DNA of 64,000 nt from Actinomycetota bacterium (GTDB taxonomy: Bacteria; Actinomycetota; Acidimicrobiia; Spongiisociales; UBA11373). Below are positions 57,939-64,000 of the stretch, piece by piece. A program made the translations under genes and the position numbers. The stretch covers positions 62,810 to 126,809 of the forward strand of contig JAHLKU010000001.1 of the NCBI GenBank assembly GCA_020444505.1. The letters run 5' to 3'. Every line of letters begins with the position of its first letter. Positions within the stretch are counted from its first letter, which is position 1. The notes under the pieces are model-generated. The model ran no database searches and was not told the origin of the DNA. It saw only the letters and a program-made list of their open reading frames with translations.

Positions 57939-60698
57939 TCAGCCGGTGTTGCGGAGGCCGGTGGCGATGCCGTTGACGGTGAGCAGCAGCGCTCGCTCGA
58001 GGGCGGGGTCGCGTTCGGGCGACGACCGGGCCCGTGCCAGCAGCGCCACCTGCAGCAGGTGGAGCGGGTCGAGGTAGGTGTCGCGCACCTCCAGGGTGCG
58101 GCGCAGCGTGGGGTTGTCGGCGAGCAGGCGGTCGTTGCCGGTGACGAACAGCACCTCGTCCACGCTGCGCCGGTACTCGGCCAGGATCGCGTCGAACACC
58201 GGGTGGAGCGCAGGGTCGACGAGGCGGTCCACGTACCGGCGGGCGATGCCGGGGTCGGTCTTGAACAGGGTCATCTCCGCGTTGGAGACCACCGAGGAGA
58301 AGAACCTCCACTCGGCGTGCATCTCGTGGAGCAGGTCGCCGAGGCCGGCCGCCCTGGCGGCGGCGATCCCGGTGCCGAGCCCGAACCAGCCCGGCACCGT
58401 CTGGCGGGTCTGGGTCCACCCGAACACCCACGGGATCGCCCGCATCGACGCCAGGCCGGACCCGCCTTCGGGACGGCGGGCAGGGCGGGACCCGATGTTC
58501 AACGCCGTCAGCTCCTCCACCGGGGTGGCGGTGAGGAAGAACTCGGTGAGGCCGGGATGCTCCACGAACTCGCGGTACGAGCGGTAGGCGGCGTCGGCGA
58601 CCACCTGCATCGCCCCGAACCACCGGTCGAGGGTCCCGGGTGCCTGGCGGGGCTCGCGGTGCAGCAGCGAGGCCTCGAGGACCGCCGCCAGCGTCAGCTC
58701 CAGGTTGCGCCGGGCGTGGCCCGGGAGCCCGTACTTGTCCGAGATCACCTCGCCCTGCTCGGTCACCTTGATGGCGGCGTCCACCGTGCCGTACGGCTCG
58801 GCCAGGATCGCCTCCCCCGACGGGCCGCCGCCCCGGCCCACCGTCCCGCCCCTGCCGTGGAAGAAGCGGACCCGGACCCCGTGGCGGGCTGCGGTGTCGA
58901 ACAGGCCGCGGGCCGCCCGGTACAGCTCCCACTGGGAGGTGGTCATGCCGCCGTGCTTGCTGCTGTCGCTGTACCCGAGCATCACCTCCTGCAGGTCGCC
59001 GCGGAGGGCGACCATGCGCCGGTACCCCGGTGCCGAGAGCAGCCGGTCGAGGGTGGCGGCGGCGCCCCGCACCTCCTCGATGGTCTCGAACAACGGGACG
59101 ATCCCGATGCGGGCGATGCCGGCCCGCAGGTCCACCAGCCCGGCGTCGCGGGCCAGGACGGCGGCGGCCAGCACGTCGTCGGGCCCGCGGGTCTCGCTGA
59201 CGATGTAGCTCTCGATGGCATCGTCCCCGTAGGTGTCGAGGGCGGTGCGGATGGTCGCGAACACGCGGGCCACCTCGCGGGCGCCGTCCCCCGGGTCGAC
59301 GGTGGCCGGCGCCAGCGGGCGGGGGCTCTCCAGTTCGGCGGCCAGCAGGACGGTCCGCTCGGCGGGGGACAGGTCCGCGTACGGGCGCCCCAGCTCTCCG
59401 GTCCGCTCGTAGAGGGCGGAGAGCAGGAGGTGGTGCCGGGATGCGTGCTCGCGGATGTCGAGCGAGGCGAGCCCGAACCCGAACGTCGCCACCCGGCTGA
59501 TGATGCGGCCCAGCATCCCGTCGGCCACGAGTTGGCCGCGGTTGGCCCCGAGCGACCGGTGGAGCACCCCCAGGTCGGCGATCAGCGCCGAGGCGGTCTC
59601 GTAGTCCCGGCCCGGGTGGTGGGAGCCTCCCTCCTCCAGGCGCTGCCGCGTGCCGAGCAGCCGCTGGTGCACGTAGGCGCAGGCGAGGCGGTAGGGCTCC
59701 TCGGCGTTCAGCACCCCGAAGCGGGCGTACACGTCGGGCAGGTCGTCCCGGCACTGCGCCAGGAAGGCCTCCATCTCCCTGCTGATGCCCACGACCTGCT
59801 CGGAGGGCGACAGCGAGAACGCCAGCTCCTCCACGGTCGCGATCAGCATCCGCAGGCCGTGGTCGTGCTGGGCCGCCAGCGTGTCGAGCGTCACCCGGGA
59901 GGTGACGCTCGGGTTGCCGTCGCGATCCCCGCCCGCCCAGGTGCCGAAGCGGAGCACGGCGCGCTCCGGCGGGACGTCGGCTCCGAGCCTGCCGAGGCAC
60001 CGCCGCACGGTGTCGGCCAACTGCCCGGCCACCTCGTCGGAGGCGAGCGCCTCGAGGTAGTAGATGAGGGTGCGGGCCTCGTCGGCCGGGGTCGGGCGCT
60101 CCCGGCGCAACTCGTCGGTCTGCCAGAGCACCTCGACCGTCTCGGCGATGCGGCGGTCGATGGCCTCCCGCTCCTGCGCGGTGGCGCGGGGGTCGCCGCG
60201 TCGCTCCAGCAGGGTGGCGATCGTGGTGAGCTTGGTGAGGATCGATCGACGGGCGGCCTCGGTCGGGTGGGCGGTGAGCACCGGGCGCACCTCGAGGCGA
60301 CCGACGACGTCGCGGATCGTCGCCGCCGGGAGGCCGGCGCCGGCGATGCGGGCGATCGCGTCGGCGAGATGGCCGGGCGAGCCCCCCGACAACGTGCTGG
60401 CGGGGTCGAGGCGGTGCGTCTGCTCGGCGACGTTGGCGAGGTGGAAGTAGGTGGTGAACGCCCGCACCAGGCGGGTGGCGGTGTCCACGTCGAGGCCGTC
60501 GATGAGGGCCTCCAGCCTCCCGGAGCCGGCCCCCGGCGAGTCCCGCACCTCCTTGGCCAGCCTGCGCACGTCCTCGACGAGCGCCAGCAGCTCCGGGCCC
60601 TCCTGGCGGACCAGGGTCTCGCCGAGCATGTCGCCGAGGCGCCGGATGTCGGCCCGCAGGGCGCGGTCGGCGGGGGACGAGGTGAGGTCGGTGTGCAC
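57939..60698 (-). CDS. ppc: phosphoenolpyruvate carboxylase
   Basis: VLTAHPTE, GYSDSSKHGG, FHGRGGTVGRGGGP, and the C-terminal NGIATGLRNTG. GTG 60696-60698 has TACCCT 8 nt upstream. Confidence 0.95.
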   Translation of the reverse strand: MHTDLTSSPADRALRADIRRLGDMLGETLVRQEGPELLALVEDVRRLAKEVRDSPGAGSGRLEALIDGLDVDTATRLVRAFTTYFHLANVAEQTHRLDPASTLSGGSPGHLADAIARIAGAGLPAATIRDVVGRLEVRPVLTAHPTEAARRSILTKLTTIATLLERRGDPRATAQEREAIDRRIAETVEVLWQTDELRRERPTPADEARTLIYYLEALASDEVAGQLADTVRRCLGRLGADVPPERAVLRFGTWAGGDRDGNPSVTSRVTLDTLAAQHDHGLRMLIATVEELAFSLSPSEQVVGISREMEAFLAQCRDDLPDVYARFGVLNAEEPYRLACAYVHQRLLGTRQRLEEGGSHHPGRDYETASALIADLGVLHRSLGANRGQLVADGMLGRIISRVATFGFGLASLDIREHASRHHLLLSALYERTGELGRPYADLSPAERTVLLAAELESPRPLAPATVDPGDGAREVARVFATIRTALDTYGDDAIESYIVSETRGPDDVLAAAVLARDAGLVDLRAGIARIGIVPLFETIEEVRGAAATLDRLLSAPGYRRMVALRGDLQEVMLGYSDSSKHGGMTTSQWELYRAARGLFDTAARHGVRVRFFHGRGGTVGRGGGPSGEAILAEPYGTVDAAIKVTEQGEVISDKYGLPGHARRNLELTLAAVLEASLLHREPRQAPGTLDRWFGAMQVVADAAYRSYREFVEHPGLTEFFLTATPVEELTALNIGSRPARRPEGGSGLASMRAIPWVFGWTQTRQTVPGWFGLGTGIAAARAAGLGDLLHEMHAEWRFFSSVVSNAEMTLFKTDPGIARRYVDRLVDPALHPVFDAILAEYRRSVDEVLFVTGNDRLLADNPTLRRTLEVRDTYLDPLHLLQVALLARARSSPERDPALERALLLTVNGIATGLRNTG

Positions 60699-60743
60699 GG
60701 GAGGGCAGGGTACTGCGGGCCCCGTCGTCCGTAGGATGCCCGG

Positions 60744-61727
60744 GTGCACTACTTCGTCACCGGGGCGACCGGGCTGGTGGGGCGGTACCTGACCTCGCTG
60801 CTGCTGGCCGAGGGCCACTCGGTCACCGCGCTCGTGCGGTCGCGTGACCAGGCTGCGGCGCTGGCCGACTACGGGGTCAGGCCGCACATGGGCGACGTCC
60901 GTGACAAGGAGTCGATGCGGCGGGGGCTGCGCGGGGCCGAGGGGCTCTTCCACACCGACACGTGGGCCCGGATCGGCTCGCGCGACCGGGCCACCGCCAC
61001 CGCGGTCAACGTCGGCGGCACCCGCAACGTCCTGGAACTGGTGAGCGAGATGCAGGTGCCCAAGGCGGTCCTGACCGGGACGATCGAGGTGTTCGGCGAC
61101 ACCGCCGGCCGGCGCCTCCCCCCGGGCCACCGCCACGGGGGGCCGCACCTGTGCCTGGCCGACCGGACCCGTTGGGAGGCGTACCACGAGGTGGCCGTCC
61201 CGGCCATGCGGAGCGGGGCGCCGGTGGTGGCCGTCCAGTGCGGGCTGCTGTACGGGCCGGGCGACGCGTCGGAGACGGCTCGCTTGCTCCGCCGCTACCT
61301 GCGGGGAAGGGTGCCGGTGGTGCCCACCCGCACCGCCGCGTCGTGGGTGCACGTCGAGGACGCCGCCCGCGGCCACCTGCTGGCGATGGAGGAGGGCGTC
61401 CCCGGCCGCACGTACGTGCTGGGCGGCGAGGATCGGCCGCTGCTCGGGGTGGTGCGCGCCGCCGGGCGCCTGGTCGGCAAGCGCCGGGGTCCGATCCCGG
61501 TGCCGGGCGGCGCGCTGCGGGCGCCGGCGGCGGTGCTGGGGGCGCTCGGCGCCGTGGTCCCGCCGCTGCGGGCCCCGGCGGCGCGGCTGCGGAGGCGGGC
61601 CGGCGTCACCTTCCTCGGCGACGACACGGCATCGCGCGAGGAACTGGGCTACGAGCCGCGCGGGCTGGCGGAAGGGCTGCCCGACACGGTGCGGTCGCTG
61701 CTCGAGGACCTGTTCGAGACCGGCTGA
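60744..61727 (+). CDS. NAD-dependent epimerase/dehydratase family (extended SDR) protein
   Basis: The Rossmann motif VTGATGLVG. TAGGAT at 60732-60737 lies 6 nt upstream of the GTG. Confidence 0.8.
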   Translation: MHYFVTGATGLVGRYLTSLLLAEGHSVTALVRSRDQAAALADYGVRPHMGDVRDKESMRRGLRGAEGLFHTDTWARIGSRDRATATAVNVGGTRNVLELVSEMQVPKAVLTGTIEVFGDTAGRRLPPGHRHGGPHLCLADRTRWEAYHEVAVPAMRSGAPVVAVQCGLLYGPGDASETARLLRRYLRGRVPVVPTRTAASWVHVEDAARGHLLAMEEGVPGRTYVLGGEDRPLLGVVRAAGRLVGKRRGPIPVPGGALRAPAAVLGALGAVVPPLRAPAARLRRRAGVTFLGDDTASREELGYEPRGLAEGLPDTVRSLLEDLFETG

Positions 61728-62153
61728 TCAGCCGGTGGCGGAGTCCGGGTAGTCGCCCGGGTGGTACTCGCCGCCGTCCTCGGTGCGGTACTGCTCGTCG
61801 TGCTTCACCATCATCTCGTCGGAGTGGAACATGGTCCCGTCCCACGTCCCCGTGATGACGACGCCGATGCCCTCCTGGAACAACTGCTGGGGTGCGCCGG
61901 TGTGGATGACGGCGATGGTGGTGGTGCCGTCGCTGACGTCGAAGGCGACGCCGTCGGTGGTCTCGTCGATCGTGCCGGCCACCACCTGGCCGCCGAGCCG
62001 CATCCGGTCGCCGTCTCCGGCCTGGGCCTCCTGCACCACCTCGGTGGGCGTGCGGAAGAACACCAGGCTGTCCTTCAGGTTGAACAGCAGGAACCCCAGC
62101 AGCACGGCCACCAGGCCGAGCGCGGGGATGACGAAGCGGGCGTAGCGTCTCAT
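61728..62153 (-). CDS. ccmE: cytochrome c-type biogenesis heme chaperone CcmE
   Basis: N-terminal TM anchor, RLGGQVVAGT, and the heme-binding context VKHDEQY. Confidence 0.9.
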   Translation of the reverse strand: MRRYARFVIPALGLVAVLLGFLLFNLKDSLVFFRTPTEVVQEAQAGDGDRMRLGGQVVAGTIDETTDGVAFDVSDGTTTIAVIHTGAPQQLFQEGIGVVITGTWDGTMFHSDEMMVKHDEQYRTEDGGEYHPGDYPDSATG

Positions 62154-63109
62154 GAGACCTCCTCAACACGCCGGCGGGTGACCGTGATCCGCCAGGCGAG
62201 CCATGCGACGTAGGTGAGCATCGCCACGTAGGCGACCGTGTAGGCGTAGGCGACCCACCCCCAGCGGCTGAGGGAGGTGGCCTGGGAACTGACGACGGCG
62301 ACGGCGGCGACCAGGAAGGCGGCGATCGCCAGCGCGAGCACCACGGCACGGCGGCTCCGGGCCGGCGGCGGCGTCTCCTCGATCTCGAGTTCGGTGGAGC
62401 CCTCGTAGCGGGGCGCGGTGACGGCCTCGCCGGCCACCTCGCGCTCTTCGGCGGCGACCAGGTCCTCGAAGCGGTCCTCGAGCCGCGCCAGCTCGATGCG
62501 GCGGCGCATCAGCACCACGTACACCAGGGTGTAGGCGGCGAGGCCGGCGAACAGCGCGCTGCGGAACGGCCAGTCCATCTGCATGCCCTCGGTGTTGAAG
62601 ATGGTGGCCTGCTGGTGGAGCGTCCGCCACCACACCACCGAGAAGTGCACCAGCGGGATCTGGACGATGCCGAGGATGCCGAGCCACGCCGACCGGCGGG
62701 CCCTGGCGAGACGGTCGGGGATGGACCGGCGCAACGCCAGGTAGCCGAGGTACACGAACAGCATGACGGCGGTGAGCACCAGGCGGGCGTCCCACGTCCA
62801 CCACACGCCCCAGGTGCTGCGGCCCCAGATCATGCCGAGGGCGATGGCGAGGGTCGTGAAGAACACGCCCACCTCCGCCGACGAGGCGGCGAAGCGGTCC
62901 CAGCGGAGGTCCTTGGTGCGCAGGTACAGGCCGCTGCCGACCAGCGTGACGACGAACGAGAGGTAGGCGAGCCAGGCGCTGGGCACGTGCACGAAGAGCA
63001 CCCTGGCCAGGTTGCCCATGGTCCGCTCCTCGCCGATGCCGAGTGCGACGGCGAGCGCCGCCGCGACGGCGGCGACGGCCGCGAACTCGAAGAACCTGGA
63101 ACGTGTCAC
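62150..63109 (-). CDS. ccmC: heme exporter protein CcmC with a C-terminal CcmD-like extension (apparent CcmC-CcmD fusion)
   Basis: The WWD motif WGVWWTWDARL. After the roughly 225-aa CcmC core come an acidic linker and two extra TM helices ending WVAYAYTVAYVAMLTYVAWLAWRITVTRRRV (CcmD-like). Confidence 0.8.
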   Translation of the reverse strand: MTRSRFFEFAAVAAVAAALAVALGIGEERTMGNLARVLFVHVPSAWLAYLSFVVTLVGSGLYLRTKDLRWDRFAASSAEVGVFFTTLAIALGMIWGRSTWGVWWTWDARLVLTAVMLFVYLGYLALRRSIPDRLARARRSAWLGILGIVQIPLVHFSVVWWRTLHQQATIFNTEGMQMDWPFRSALFAGLAAYTLVYVVLMRRRIELARLEDRFEDLVAAEEREVAGEAVTAPRYEGSTELEIEETPPPARSRRAVVLALAIAAFLVAAVAVVSSQATSLSRWGWVAYAYTVAYVAMLTYVAWLAWRITVTRRRVEEVS

Positions 63110-63774
63110 CGGGAAGCCTCCTGCAGCGGTCTGGCGCTGAGCACGCCTGCCACCGCGAGGAGCAAATCCATCGTCACCAGCAGCAGGACCCAGCCGAGAA
63201 TAGTGTTGCCGAACCGCAAACCGTCCATGGTCTGGCTGGCCGCCAGCAGGATCGGCACCGACAGCGGCGCCACCAGCAGCGGCACCAGGGCCGACGAGGC
63301 GATGCTGCCGGCGATGGTGGCCGCCAGCGTGCCCAGCAGGCCGAGGCCGATGGCCACCAGCACCACCAGGGCGGCGATCCAGGGCCAGCCGCGCGGCTGC
63401 GGGTCGTAGAGCGCCATCGCCACCGGGCCCAGGATGACCTCGAAGGCCAGCAGCAGCGCGGTGGTGGCCCCTGCCCGGCCGGTGAACTGGGCACCCGGGT
63501 CGATGCCCAGCAGCGACAGCAGGTCCTGCTGGGGGCCGGCCTCCACCGCGCTCTGGCGGAGGGCCACCATCACCCCGAACAGCAGCACCACCACCCAGTA
63601 CATGCCGGGGCCGATGGAGCGCAGCAGGGGGGTGTCCGTGCCCACCGCCAGGGGGATCAGCATCAGCGCCACCGCCCCGAACGGGATGGTGATGAGGAAG
63701 ACCTCACCGGTGCGCATCTCGGTGCGCAGGTCCTTGCGGGCCACCTCGATCGCCTGTGTCCAGAACCCCGTCAT
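63106..63774 (-). CDS. ccmB: heme exporter protein CcmB
   Basis: 222 aa with 6 TM helices. ATG 63772-63774 overlaps the ccmA TGA. Confidence 0.8.
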   Translation of the reverse strand: MTGFWTQAIEVARKDLRTEMRTGEVFLITIPFGAVALMLIPLAVGTDTPLLRSIGPGMYWVVVLLFGVMVALRQSAVEAGPQQDLLSLLGIDPGAQFTGRAGATTALLLAFEVILGPVAMALYDPQPRGWPWIAALVVLVAIGLGLLGTLAATIAGSIASSALVPLLVAPLSVPILLAASQTMDGLRFGNTILGWVLLLVTMDLLLAVAGVLSARPLQEASR

Positions 63775-64000
63775 GCGCCGTCCTCCCATGCCCGGACGGC
63801 CCCGTTGCGGAGCTCCACCACCCGGTCGACGAGCGGCTCCATCCGGTTGTGCTCGTGGGACACGAGCATCGCCCCGCCGTCGCGGCTGCGGACGTCCTGG
63901 AGGATGAAGGCCACCAGGTCGGCGGCGTGGCGGTCGAGGCCGGCGTGGGCCTCGTCGAGCAGCACCAGGTCGGGCCTGGTGATGAGGAGGCGGGCGAACT
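63771..64000 (-). CDS. ccmA: heme exporter ATP-binding protein CcmA (3' part only; the gene runs off the window)
   Basis: The Walker B/D-loop region ...ITRPDLVLLDEAHAGLD..., then the H-loop LVSHE. The frame stays open to position 64000. Confidence 0.75.
   Translation of the reverse strand, partial: FARLLITRPDLVLLDEAHAGLDRHAADLVAFILQDVRSRDGGAMLVSHEHNRMEPLVDRVVELRNGAVRAWEDGA

Noticed and set aside
61725-61730. TGATCA formed by the abutting stop codons of the convergent SDR and ccmE genes
   Set aside because: A curiosity of zero-length intergenic spacing. There is no evidence of function, and no terminator hairpin fits in between.

Overview
This window is 64 kb of very high-G+C, gene-dense bacterial chromosome. 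Codon usage looks Actinomycetota-like, but I cannot place it further without a database search. GTG and TTG starts are common. Many adjacent genes share 4-nt ATGA/GTGA/TTGA start-stop overlaps. Many genes have a TAnnnT -10 box 6-9 nt upstream of the start codon and no Shine-Dalgarno sequence. I call about 70 protein genes, one fluoride riboswitch, three strong terminator hairpins and two tandem repeats. I saw no rRNA, tRNA, CRISPR array, transposase or integrase. Most of the content is housekeeping (murJ, murA, ppk1, rpiB, pgl, ligA, mnmA, an iscS-like gene, dapCDE, gatCAB, ppc, ccmABC(D)E), plus ABC transporters. Two loci stand out. (1) 10215-15554 is a compact bacterial microcompartment (BMC) operon. 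It has one BMC-H, two tandem-domain BMC-T and three BMC-P shell genes, plus three cargo enzymes: an RpiB-like isomerase, deoxyribose-phosphate aldolase and an acylating aldehyde dehydrogenase. Each cargo enzyme carries an N-terminal amphipathic-helix extension. This matches the bioinformatically defined but, to my knowledge, experimentally uncharacterised sugar-phosphate-utilisation (SPU) type. (2) 4144-4518 is a DCC/DUF393 thiol-disulfide oxidoreductase in which exactly the two CxxC cysteine codons are in-frame TGA. A SECIS-like GGUC-loop hairpin lies just downstream. This is either a candidate UxxU selenoprotein or a pseudogene. Further observations:
- a fluoride riboswitch controlling a crcB-crcB-DUF190 operon;
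- a PPK1-Nudix fusion with no canonical start codon;
- MurA with Asp at the fosfomycin-target Cys position;
- a giant ExeM/NucH-type secreted nuclease with a 645-bp internal tandem duplication that includes a sharp-edged, near-identical 438-bp tract;
- an atypical Opp/Dpp-type ABC operon;
- an Rrf2 regulator flanked by two TauE genes;
- a CcmC-CcmD fusion.
The many long Arg/Pro/Gly-rich ORFs on the opposite strand or in alternative frames are high-GC artefacts and were rejected.
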